Origin: Candidatus Eiseniibacteriota bacterium
GTDB lineage: Bacteria > Eisenbacteria > RBG-16-71-46 > CAZEPH01
Reading direction: 5' to 3'
Length of the DNA stretch: 10,898 bases
Assembly: GCA_044229145.1 (NCBI GenBank)
Contig: JBGATO010000111.1
Span: forward strand, 1 to 10,898
The notes under the pieces were generated by a model. The model did no database searches and was not told the origin of the DNA. It saw only the letters and a list, made by a program, of their open reading frames with translations. Numbering within the stretch: the first letter of the stretch is position 1; every line of letters starts with the position of its first letter. Both the position numbers and the translations under genes were made by a program. This document shows, in pieces, positions 1-10,496 of this stretch.

Positions 1-1
1 G

Positions 2-1039
2 ATCGGGCTGCAGCCGTGGTATTCGCGGGTCGACGGCGCGCGCGTCGCGCTGATCGCCACTCATCCGTTTCCGCGCGCGCCGGTCACCGGATCGTTGGCA
101 CTCGCCTATGCGCCGGTGCGACGCGCGGTGCTCGGCGGTGCCGGCGTGCGCGTGACGCTCGATCGCGCGCGCGGCGTGCAAGCCGTCGTCTCGGCGGCGC
201 GGTGGACGTCGTCGTACGACGGCGCGCAGCTCGATCCCCTCGACAACGCCGCGCGCGCGCTGTTGACCTCGCGCGAGAGTTTCGACTACTTCGACCTACA
301 GACGTGGCGCGCCGGCGTGCGCGTCGAACGCGGACGGCGCGGCACGCTGACCTTCGACGTGCGGGGCGACCGCTATCGCTCCCTGACGCGCGTCGCCGAC
401 CGGGGCGTGCTCACCACACCGCATACCTTCCGCAACAACCCTGCGGTCGTCGAAGGGACGGCACTGCTCGCCCGTCTCGGCTACGCGCGCGACACGCGCC
501 GCGACGCGGAAGATCGCGCACCGGCGTCGTGGGAGCGCGTCACCGTCGAGCGCGCCGTGGACACCGCCGGCAGCGATCTCCCGTACGCGCGCGCCGATCT
601 CGAGCTCGGCGTGCGCTCGCCATTGTCGCCGTCGCTCCATCTCGACTATCGCCTGCGCGCGGGAATCGCCAGCGACGACGTGCCGCCGCAGCTCGCGTTC
701 TCTCTCGGAGGCGACGGCACATTGCGCGGCTATCCGGTCAAACGCGCGACGCCCGGCGGCACGGCGCTGCTGCTGTTCGATGCCGAGGCGACGACGGTCA
801 TCGCGGATGACGTGCGAGCGCTGGCGTTTGCGGCCACCGGCGCCGCGTGGCGGGACTGGAGCACGCTCGGCACCCAGCGCTTTCCGGTGGCGGCGGGCAT
901 CGGCGTCGGATATGGGCCGCACGTGCGCGCGTATCTGGCGCGTGCATGGTCGGTGCCGGGACGGCCGTGGTCGGTCAGCGTGTTGCTGCGATCGCCGTTC
1001 GCGCGACCGATGACCGGCCTCGACGCGGGTCAGCCGTGA
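2..1039 (+). CDS. Outer-membrane beta-barrel protein, Omp85/BamA-TamA surface-antigen-like (5' truncated by window edge)
   Basis: The frame of ORF 95..1039 stays open back to base 2 (IGLQPWYSRVDGARVAL...). It has alternating amphipathic beta-strand segments, a GGDGTLRGY motif like the Omp85 loop-6 (V/L)RG(F/Y) signature, and a C-terminal beta-signal-like WSVSVLLRSPF. Stop TGA 1037-1039 overlaps the next start. Confidence 0.65.
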   Translation: MGLQPWYSRVDGARVALIATHPFPRAPVTGSLALAYAPVRRAVLGGAGVRVTLDRARGVQAVVSAARWTSSYDGAQLDPLDNAARALLTSRESFDYFDLQTWRAGVRVERGRRGTLTFDVRGDRYRSLTRVADRGVLTTPHTFRNNPAVVEGTALLARLGYARDTRRDAEDRAPASWERVTVERAVDTAGSDLPYARADLELGVRSPLSPSLHLDYRLRAGIASDDVPPQLAFSLGGDGTLRGYPVKRATPGGTALLLFDAEATTVIADDVRALAFAATGAAWRDWSTLGTQRFPVAAGIGVGYGPHVRAYLARAWSVPGRPWSVSVLLRSPFARPMTGLDAGQP

Positions 1040-1683
1040 AGCGGTTCGTCGTCGTCGCGGTCTGCGCCCTGGGGCTGGCGAGCCCCGCCTTCGCCGCATC
1101 GCCGCGCATGCAAGTGCGTGCCGGCCTCGCCCAGTGGGAGCGCAACGATGTCGTAGTGCCGGTGGTGGTCGACCACGCGCTCGATCCGGCGTCGCTGCAT
1201 GTGGTGCGGCGAGGCGTCCCGGCTCGTCTCGACGTCACGGTCGAATTGTGGCGCGCGCGCAGCGGGTGGTTCGACAAGGTGGTCACCACCCAAAGCTACG
1301 GCTATCGCGTGCAGTACGATCTCTGGCGCGATCGCTTCGCCGTGCACCTGCCGACGGGCCGCGTGCTCGACACACGGGACAGCGTGCAGGTCGAGCGCGC
1401 GCTGGCCGCGCCGGTGATGGTGCACGTGCTGCACGCGGCGGATGCGCGCATCGGCGCGCGCTACTACGTGGTGGCGCGCGCCACCGTGACGCCACTCTCG
1501 ACCGACGATCTCAAGGAGTTGGAAACCTGGCTGCTCGGGTCGAGCGGCGGCGAAGGCGTGTTGTCGACCGGCGGGTATGTCGGCGCGTTCCTGAAGAACG
1601 TGGTGGGCGTGGAGTCGCGCGCGGCGCAATTGCGCGGCGAGCCGTTCGCACTCCCGCCGCCTCCGAGTGCGTGGGCACCCTGA
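1036..1683 (+). CDS. DUF4390-like exported protein
   Basis: GTG at 1036 overlaps the upstream TGA (GTGA coupling). Signal peptide MKRFVVVAVCALGLASPAFA, then G(V)P-x-L-x-V-x-VELWRxRxxWFD...YDLW pattern typical of DUF4390. Confidence 0.75.
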   Translation: MKRFVVVAVCALGLASPAFAASPRMQVRAGLAQWERNDVVVPVVVDHALDPASLHVVRRGVPARLDVTVELWRARSGWFDKVVTTQSYGYRVQYDLWRDRFAVHLPTGRVLDTRDSVQVERALAAPVMVHVLHAADARIGARYYVVARATVTPLSTDDLKELETWLLGSSGGEGVLSTGGYVGAFLKNVVGVESRAAQLRGEPFALPPPPSAWAP

Positions 1684-1696
1684 CGCGGCGCCGGAA

Positions 1697-1902
1697 ATGA
1701 GGGCGGGCGGCGGTCTCACCGGGCCCCAGCTCGCGATCCCGACACGCGAGACCGTGACCCTGCCGCTAGGGTGAGACGGGCGCCGCCCGCACAACGTCGT
1801 CCGGCCGGTCGGGAGGCTGCGACTCAGATGCGAAGGCTGGATGTGACCCCCGCGACCGGCTTGCCTGCTGAGAGGGCAAACGACGTGCCGCGTCCGCCCC
1901 AT
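1697..1902 (-). ncRNA. Candidate structured non-coding RNA, family not recognised
   Basis: Six perfect nested helices (1703-1712/1781-1790, 1713-1720/1770-1777, 1730-1735/1745-1750, 1794-1800/1880-1886, 1804-1811/1853-1860, 1861-1865/1875-1879) plus an alternative end-to-end stem 1697-1711/1887-1902, in a gap between convergent genes. Helix extensions form G-U pairs on the minus strand but A-C mismatches on the plus strand. Confidence 0.5.
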
Positions 1903-1980
1903 CACCGTAACTGACGCTCCGCGAACCGATGTGCCCGCACGCCCTCCGTCCGGCCACGGCGATGTGGTGCAAAACGCGCG

Positions 1981-2011
1981 ACCGGGGCCGCGCATTTCGC
2001 ACGGCCCCGGC
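1981..2011 (-). terminator. GC-rich hairpin after the ECF operon, probable intrinsic terminator
   Basis: CCGGGGCCG 1982-1990 / CGGCCCCGG 2002-2010, extendable with G-U pairs on the minus strand, ~30 nt past the stop at 2042. The U-tract is weak and displaced (CGCGCGTTTTG). Confidence 0.55.
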
Positions 2012-2041
2012 CTGCTGTCCTCCCGACACGGAGGCGTTGAT

Positions 2042-3361
2042 TCAGCTCTGATCGCTCGGCGGTGGCGCAGCCGGCGGCGCGTCGGCCGGCGGCGGCGTGA
2101 CGATCGCCGAGGCCGGCGGCAGTTCCGGCACCGCCGACGACACCGGTGGCGTCCACACGGCGGGCGTCGGCGACGCCGGCGAGGCACTGGCGGTGCTGCT
2201 CGCGAACCCTCCGGCCGGGCCGCTGCTCGGCGGCGCATACGCATCGCGCAGCTTGGTGATGCGCTTCGCGTTGCCGAAGCGGGTCAGCCAGATGGCACCG
2301 AGTCCGGCGAAGAACGCCCACACCCAGCCCAGAGCACCGACCATACCCAGCACCCATCCCACCACCCCGATACCCGGCAGGTGCGCAATGAGCCCGCCCG
2401 CCTTCACCACGACGATCAGCGCGGCGAGGCCAACCACCGCAGCCCACCCAGTCGACAAGCCTGGACGGATCTTGTGGCCGAGGTAGATCCCCGACGACAC
2501 CATCCCCGCGAGCGCCGCCACCGGGAAAAGCAGGAAGAACAGGATCAGCGCCACCGGAATCCCGATCACCGTGATGCACAGCAGCACGGTCACCGGCACC
2601 AGCAAGAGCGACACGATGAACCCGTAGACCGTCGCCTTCAGCATCTCGTGGCGATAGATCTCCTGCATGCCCTCCATCCGCTCCCGCGCCAGGACGAGGG
2701 CGATGCCGGCGATCACCAGCAGCACGAAGAAGAGCGCGAGGGCCGCGAAGATCGACCCGATCCCCGCCACCACACCGAACATCGGCAAGAGGCGCAGCGC
2801 GCCGATGCCCACCGAGACGTTTTCGCCCGAGACCACCGAGCCCGCATCTTCGTTGACCGTGCCGCCGACCGCCACGGCGTCGCCGTGGATACGGCCGGAG
2901 GGGCGCACGTTCACGTCACCGCCGATCGAGACGACGTCTTCCATCACCTCGCCGTAGATGGTGATGGAGCCGCCGATGGCGACGACCGACCCGTCGACCT
3001 TGTGGCCAGGGCGCACGGTGACATCGGTGCCGAACTTGACGATGTCGTTCGCGTTGCTGTCGCCGAGATCGACCTTGATGTGCGGCGCGTTCGGGGCATC
3101 CGGGGTGTCCGGCACGTCCGGAGCATCGATGCTCGTCGTGCCCTTGTCATCCACCGAGATGGTGACGCCCTTCTTGTGCTTCGCCGGGACGTCGCGGCCG
3201 TTCTTCTGGATTTGGACGCCGTCGTCCGTGATGCGGATCTCGGTGGCAACCGAGTCCCCGCCCGCGGCCCACACCGCCAGCGCTCCTCCACAGAGAAGCG
3301 CCGCCATCGTGGCGATCGCAACGACACGCCGAGTCTGCAGCCTAGAGAATCGCGTGTACAT
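2042..3361 (-). CDS. Bactofilin-like (polymer-forming cytoskeletal) beta-helix protein with multi-pass membrane domain
   Basis: ATG at 3361 with GGAGGA RBS. Signal-like N-terminus, PDxPDxP linker, repeats (DIVKFGTDVTV / GSVVAIGGSITI / EDVVSIGGDVNV / GDAVAVGGTVN), about 6 hydrophobic helices (e.g. VLLCITVIGIPVALILFFLL) and a Pro/Ala-rich C-tail. Confidence 0.75.
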   Translation of the reverse strand: MYTRFSRLQTRRVVAIATMAALLCGGALAVWAAGGDSVATEIRITDDGVQIQKNGRDVPAKHKKGVTISVDDKGTTSIDAPDVPDTPDAPNAPHIKVDLGDSNANDIVKFGTDVTVRPGHKVDGSVVAIGGSITIYGEVMEDVVSIGGDVNVRPSGRIHGDAVAVGGTVNEDAGSVVSGENVSVGIGALRLLPMFGVVAGIGSIFAALALFFVLLVIAGIALVLARERMEGMQEIYRHEMLKATVYGFIVSLLLVPVTVLLCITVIGIPVALILFFLLFPVAALAGMVSSGIYLGHKIRPGLSTGWAAVVGLAALIVVVKAGGLIAHLPGIGVVGWVLGMVGALGWVWAFFAGLGAIWLTRFGNAKRITKLRDAYAPPSSGPAGGFASSTASASPASPTPAVWTPPVSSAVPELPPASAIVTPPPADAPPAAPPPSDQS

Positions 3362-4031
3362 GGCGAGTCCTCCTTCGGGTTACGCGAGGCAGTTGGGTCA
3401 GCAGCGCGAGCACACCAGCGGCTCCCGCCAGGGTTACGAGCAGTACGGTCATCATCGGACTCGGTTGGAGCGCACGGCCGACGGCAAGCATGGCCGGCGC
3501 TACCACTTGCATCACTTGATCCGCGAGGCGGAGCGCCACCACGAGACTGGCAACGAACTCGACCCCATGTTGGGTTGCAGTCGCGACGCCAGAAAGTGCA
3601 GGACCGGTGACCGAGGCGAGCGCTTCCACCACGGTGTGCCAGCCGCCGGCGAGCATCCACACGCCGGTGGCGGCCGCAAGCGTGCCCCAGCCGGCCGCGT
3701 AGCCCACCGCGACGCGCCGCACCCACCGCGGCAGGCGGCGGAACGACGGCAGAGCCTCCGCCGCTTCGGCGGGCACGGCGACAGATGCCTGCTCCGCGAA
3801 GAACGCCGCGAGGACGCGGGCATCGAAGGCGGCAGACGGCTCCGGTGACGGCAACGCGGCGAACAGCGCGGCAGTCTCGCGCACCAGGTCGAACTCGGTG
3901 CGACAGGCGGAGCAGAGTTGCACGTGCACGGCGGCGGCGTCTGCATCGCGCCGTTCCTCGCCACGCAGCGTGAGACCGGCCTCGCGTTCCGCGAGGAGCA
4001 CCAGCGCGTCGGCGCATTCGGTGCAGGTCAT
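3342..4031 (-). CDS. Zinc-binding (zf-HC2/ZAS) transmembrane anti-sigma factor
   Basis: ATG at 4031 with GGAGGAGG RBS. MTCTEC...HVQLCSAC gives the HxxxCxxC ZAS motif, followed by LPSPEPSAAFDARVL and 2-3 hydrophobic segments. It lies in the same operon as an ECF sigma factor and overlaps the next gene by 20 nt. Confidence 0.88.
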   Translation of the reverse strand: MTCTECADALVLLAEREAGLTLRGEERRDADAAAVHVQLCSACRTEFDLVRETAALFAALPSPEPSAAFDARVLAAFFAEQASVAVPAEAAEALPSFRRLPRWVRRVAVGYAAGWGTLAAATGVWMLAGGWHTVVEALASVTGPALSGVATATQHGVEFVASLVVALRLADQVMQVVAPAMLAVGRALQPSPMMTVLLVTLAGAAGVLALLTQLPRVTRRRTRHVHAIL

Positions 4032-4067
4032 GGCCTCCTCCTTCCGCTCACGCATGATGCCGGGCTG

Positions 4068-7191
<3,124 letters not shown>

Positions 7192-7217
7192 TCGTCGACG
7201 GTTCGGAGGCCAGGGAG

Positions 7218-7574
7218 ATGGCCCATTTCACCCCGCGCAGTTCCCGACGCGCGGGCTTCGGAGCACCTCGCCGCAACGGCACCTCGGTAGGCACGCTGAT
7301 GACCGCGCTCGCCGTGGTGTGGATCGTCGTGCTGCTCGGCACGACGGCGCGTGGTGTGGTGAAAAGCGTGCAATTGACGCAGAGCCTCGCGGACCTGCGC
7401 AAGGATTCGCTCGAGGTCGCGACACAACTCGACAGCGTGAAGCGCGTGCTCGCCTCGCAGAACGAACTCGCGGAGCTCGAGCGCATCGCACGGGAGAAGC
7501 GCGGGCTCGCGCGGCCCGGTGAGATCGTGTACCGGAAGCGCTACGTGACGACGAGCCCCGATTCGGCGCGGTGA
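7218..7574 (+). CDS. ftsB: Septum formation initiator FtsB/DivIC family protein
   Basis: GGGAG RBS, single TM helix, coiled coil and the ELERIAREKRGLARPGEIVY signature. The eno-ftsB adjacency is widely conserved. Confidence 0.88.
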   Translation: MAHFTPRSSRRAGFGAPRRNGTSVGTLMTALAVVWIVVLLGTTARGVVKSVQLTQSLADLRKDSLEVATQLDSVKRVLASQNELAELERIAREKRGLARPGEIVYRKRYVTTSPDSAR

Positions 7575-7582
7575 CATTGGAC

Positions 7583-7611
7583 TTGACGGTGCGGCGTCGC
7601 GCGAGTAGAGT
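7583..7611 (+). promoter_or_regulatory. Sigma70 promoter of the tRNA, TTGACG-N17-TAGAGT
   Basis: -35 at 7583-7588, -10 at 7606-7611, 17-nt spacer, followed by a GC-rich discriminator (GCGCGAC) typical of stable-RNA promoters, 13 nt before the tRNA. Confidence 0.8.
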
Positions 7612-7624
7612 GCGCGACATCGAT

Positions 7625-7701
<77 letters not shown>

Positions 7702-7720
7702 ACAATTTCAAGCACTTACG

Positions 7721-7753
7721 AGGGCCGCGGCACCGTCCGCGGCCTTTTGTTTT
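7721..7753 (+). terminator. Intrinsic terminator between tRNA and convergent integrase
   Basis: GGCCGCGG-caccgt-CCGCGGCC hairpin followed by TTTTGTTTT. Confidence 0.85.
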
Positions 7754-7759
7754 GCCCGA

Positions 7760-7781
7760 TTGTGCTAGTTTTGTGCTAGTT
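7760..7781. repeat. Tandem 11-bp direct repeat TTGTGCTAGTT x2, probable integrase arm-type sites
   Basis: Perfect copies at 7760-7770 and 7771-7781, overlapping the integrase stop codon, ~60 nt from the tRNA end. Confidence 0.7.
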
Positions 7782-8853
7782 CGCGCTCGGGCAATGCGAC
7801 GACGCGTCGCTCTGCAGCACGCGTCGCGAGATGCTCTTGCGTCTTCCGCACCGCTTGCCGCATGTCCTCCTCGTTGGTGATGTTGTAGCGGAGGAACATG
7901 CTGATGGTGCGGTGGCCACTGATCGACATGGCCACGGATTGAGGTACCCCTGCGCGCACCATGTTGCGTACGGCCGTGCGTCGCAGGTCATGAAAGAGCT
8001 TTCCCGGACAGCCGGCAAGCCGGCACGCCTTGCGCCACGTCCCATCGAACTGTCCGATTGGACGGCCCTGATTGTGGAAGACGAACTCCGCGATCGCCGT
8101 GACGCCACCTTCGCGTTCGAATTGCCGCGCGAGCCATCGACGCTGAATGATGTCCCAGAGTTCCCCGACCAACGGCAGCACCCGGCCGTGTCCATTTTTC
8201 GAGGTGCGCAGTCGGACCTCTCGCCCGTCCCGATCCACCGCTTCCCACCGCAAGGGCAGGATCTCGCCCTTCCACCACCCGGAGAGATAGGCGAACCTCG
8301 CGATCTCGTTGATCGGTTCGGGGAGATGCTCGACCATCGCGTGGAATTCGTCGTGCTCGAAGAATCCCTGGCGCGCGTTCTCGACCTTGAGCTTCGCCAT
8401 GTACGGGACGCGCGTCAGTCGCCCCTGTTTGCGAGCGAGATTGAATGCTTGCTGCAGTGGCTGGATCTCCTTGTTCACGCTGGCGCGTGCGTAGCCGGCC
8501 GCCAGCCGTTCACGTGCGAACTGCTCCACCGAGGTGGTGGTCACTTCGCACGCGCGCAGGTGGCCGAACCGATCACGGACGCACTTGAGGTGGGAACGAA
8601 CCGAGCCTGCCGATGAAGCGCCCTTCAACTCCAGGTGGAGCAGAGGAGCGTCCAACAGCTCGTTCACCTGCACGCGCTCTTCTTCCAGCCCCGTGAACCG
8701 CCCGGCCCACGAGTCGCTGAGGCGTTCCTTGAGCCGTCGCTTCGCTTCCGCCTCGGACTTCCCGGCAGGCTCTCGGTACTGCTTGCCTCGCACGCAGTAC
8801 CGAATCCACCAGCGGGAGCCTCGGCGAAAGACGGCTCCATTGCCGTAGTTCAT
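7765..8853 (-). CDS. int: Tyrosine recombinase/integrase (first catalytic Arg appears substituted by Trp)
   Basis: ATG 8853 with AAGGAGG RBS. N-terminal arm-binding-like GAVFRRGSRWWIRY, then box I AYLSGWWKGEIL, TSKNG, box II HDLRR, SGH and FLRYNI. 362 aa. Confidence 0.93.
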   Translation of the reverse strand: MNYGNGAVFRRGSRWWIRYCVRGKQYREPAGKSEAEAKRRLKERLSDSWAGRFTGLEEERVQVNELLDAPLLHLELKGASSAGSVRSHLKCVRDRFGHLRACEVTTTSVEQFARERLAAGYARASVNKEIQPLQQAFNLARKQGRLTRVPYMAKLKVENARQGFFEHDEFHAMVEHLPEPINEIARFAYLSGWWKGEILPLRWEAVDRDGREVRLRTSKNGHGRVLPLVGELWDIIQRRWLARQFEREGGVTAIAEFVFHNQGRPIGQFDGTWRKACRLAGCPGKLFHDLRRTAVRNMVRAGVPQSVAMSISGHRTISMFLRYNITNEEDMRQAVRKTQEHLATRAAERRVVALPERELAQN

Positions 8854-8920
8854 CGATGCCTCCTTTCCGCCCGCCCAACGCGGGCACCCAAGAATACTCC
8901 GGTGGTCGGACGGTCGGCGA

Positions 8921-9331
8921 TCAACTCGGACGGCGATTCCACCGCTCAAGCCCACGAGCGGAGAACAAGAGTCGACGTCCAACCCGTCGAGTGAACGGGA
9001 GTCGCTTCGCGTGGCGGTACAAGTACTCGGTGGAGACGCCGAGTCGACGCGCCGCCTCCTCGACCGACAGGTTCTCGTCGGCCACGCCCGCGTCCTGACA
9101 TCGTTCGGGGACCGTGAGGAGCCGAACCGCGAGACGACTTGCTAGAGCAGAGAACGCCGCCAACAACACCGGGAGTTGTTCGACCGGCGATTGTGCAACG
9201 ACCTGCTCAAGCCTCTCGACCAGCGCTCCGGCGACCGGAGGCAGGCCAGAGTCAACGCCGGCCATCACACCTGTCACGCACGATGCGGATTCACCGTGAA
9301 TACCCCCGCTCCCCTTACGTTCGTCGGTCAT
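8921..9331 (-). CDS. Excisionase-like HTH_17/MerR-type DNA-binding protein
   Basis: C-terminal LSVEEAARRLGVSTEYLYRHAKRLPFTRRVGRRLLFSARGLERW is a typical Xis-like winged HTH and the gene sits directly upstream of int. ATG 9331 overlaps the relaxase stop (ATGA); a later start at ~9265 is possible. Confidence 0.85.
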   Translation of the reverse strand: MTDERKGSGGIHGESASCVTGVMAGVDSGLPPVAGALVERLEQVVAQSPVEQLPVLLAAFSALASRLAVRLLTVPERCQDAGVADENLSVEEAARRLGVSTEYLYRHAKRLPFTRRVGRRLLFSARGLERWNRRPS

Positions 9332-9394
9332 GACCCGTCGCGACTTAGGACGTCGCGCCTCCCCTCGCGGCTAGGGGACTCCGTAAGGGGAGCG
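9307..9394. repeat. 13-bp perfect inverted repeat enclosing three smaller palindromes
   Basis: CGCTCCCCTTACG 9307-9319 / CGTAAGGGGAGCG 9382-9394. Inside are GGTCATGACC 9326-9335, CGCGAC/GTCGCG 9339-9344/9352-9357 and TCCCCT/AGGGGA 9360-9365/9373-9378. Confidence 0.75.
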
Positions 9395-10170
9395 CGGACG
9401 GCGGCCAGCAGTTCTCGCAGCGGCTGCTCAGGCCCGTCGTTCAGCGACCAAAGCACGGACCATCCACCCCATGTTCGCTGCAGCATGTCCTCCACTGTGG
9501 CTCGACGCTTCTTGCCCGCACCCTCGAGCACGAGCGCCAACCCGAACTCCTGCCATCCCAACAAGCCCGTTCCGCTCGCGCGAACGCTCTCGTACAACCG
9601 CAGCTTGCGAGGTAGGTGCGTCCCGCGTTCGGTGCCACGGTCTAGCTCTAGCGCGACGCGCACGTCGATCCGCTGTCCTCCCGCGTCCACGCCCAGTTCC
9701 AGGAGCGCGTCCGGGAGCAACGGCAACCGCGCGCCACCCAGCGCCTCGTGAATCTCCCAATCGGGGCGCACGACGTTGAGCGACGCACCCGGCGTGCGAT
9801 GCACGGCCGCCGCGATATCCACCCACGTCCGCACGATGGCCAGGTGGTGATCCACCCCGCCGTTCGGCGCGCGACGTGGCGTCTCACCCGCCCGGCGGAG
9901 CCACGTGCGTCCTTCGGGGCCCAGCACGTAGAGATTCTCTTCGGTGCGTTGGCTCACGCGGGTGTCGAGGTACCCCGCGTCGAACAGCCGGCGCAAGCGC
10001 GCCGCCACGGTGTCCCGCCGCACGCCGGGGAAACACAGGACGGCGAGGTCCGAGGTGCGCGCGAGGCGAAAGCGTGCGAGCGCGCGCAAGAGCACCGCGT
10101 CGCGTGCCGTGAGGCAGACGCGCACATCCGCCTTGCGGCAGTCACGCGGGGTACGGCGGACCGGGGCCAT
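9328..10170 (-). CDS. Replication-relaxation (Replic_Relax, PF13814-like) protein
   Basis: ATG 10170 overlaps the upstream TGA. Winged-helix start LTARDAVLLRALARFR...RLRRLFDAGYL...YVLGPEG, then DHHLAI, LLPDALL and ALELDRGTE...KLRLY, the PD...ExDxxTE...K pattern of this family. Confidence 0.85.
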   Translation of the reverse strand: MAPVRRTPRDCRKADVRVCLTARDAVLLRALARFRLARTSDLAVLCFPGVRRDTVAARLRRLFDAGYLDTRVSQRTEENLYVLGPEGRTWLRRAGETPRRAPNGGVDHHLAIVRTWVDIAAAVHRTPGASLNVVRPDWEIHEALGGARLPLLPDALLELGVDAGGQRIDVRVALELDRGTERGTHLPRKLRLYESVRASGTGLLGWQEFGLALVLEGAGKKRRATVEDMLQRTWGGWSVLWSLNDGPEQPLRELLAAVRAPLTESPSREGRRDVLSRDGS

Positions 10171-10493
10171 CACAGAAGTGGGCTCCGGACGGGCAGCCCA
10201 CAGATTAGGCACGGCGTCCAGCCGGCGGACTGTCCGCAGACCCGGCACTGGCCGAAGACCCACCCCTCGTGCAGCGCGCCGCAGCCGCATTCGTACACGC
10301 TATGCGTCGGGACGAAGTGTCCGCGCGGGCACGGCAACTCGTCGGCGAGAATCGCTCGAACGCGACATGCGAACTGCACGCCGGTGACGAGCGCGCCCGC
10401 GCCCAGGATAGCGGTGCCAGCGCACCAGACGATGGCGCGGCACACGCCCACGACCAACCGCCAAGCAGATTTCACGTCGGGCTCGAGGTTCAT
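10170..10493 (-). CDS. Small hypothetical protein with hydrophobic N-terminus and Cys/His-rich zinc-finger-like C-terminus
   Basis: 107 aa. Fills the gap exactly (3 nt after the upstream stop, TGATG overlap with the next gene). Motifs CPRGH, CGC, CRVC and CLIC. Confidence 0.75.
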   Translation of the reverse strand: MNLEPDVKSAWRLVVGVCRAIVWCAGTAILGAGALVTGVQFACRVRAILADELPCPRGHFVPTHSVYECGCGALHEGWVFGQCRVCGQSAGWTPCLICGLPVRSPLL

Positions 10494-10496
10494 CGG

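Noticed and set aside
1697..1902. Assignment of the structured region to c-di-GMP-I riboswitch, SRP RNA, tmRNA or RNase P
   Set aside because: Only short scattered word matches on mixed strands. Diagnostic cores are missing and no gene lies downstream to be regulated.
1737..2030. Direct repeat TCCCGACACG at 1737-1746 and 2021-2030
   Set aside because: Only two 10-bp copies with no transposase or terminal repeats to suggest a target-site duplication, so it may be chance.
3082..3127. 9-nt periodic repeat
   Set aside because: Encodes the PDVPDTPDAPNAP linker, ordinary low-complexity protein sequence.
8854..8982. Longer ORF-track starts for int (8982), sigma (5848), DUF4097 (5366), anti-sigma (4055), Replic_Relax (10290) and DUF4390 (847)
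   Set aside because: Downstream starts have clear RBS or stop/start overlaps, and most extensions run into neighbouring genes or promoters.
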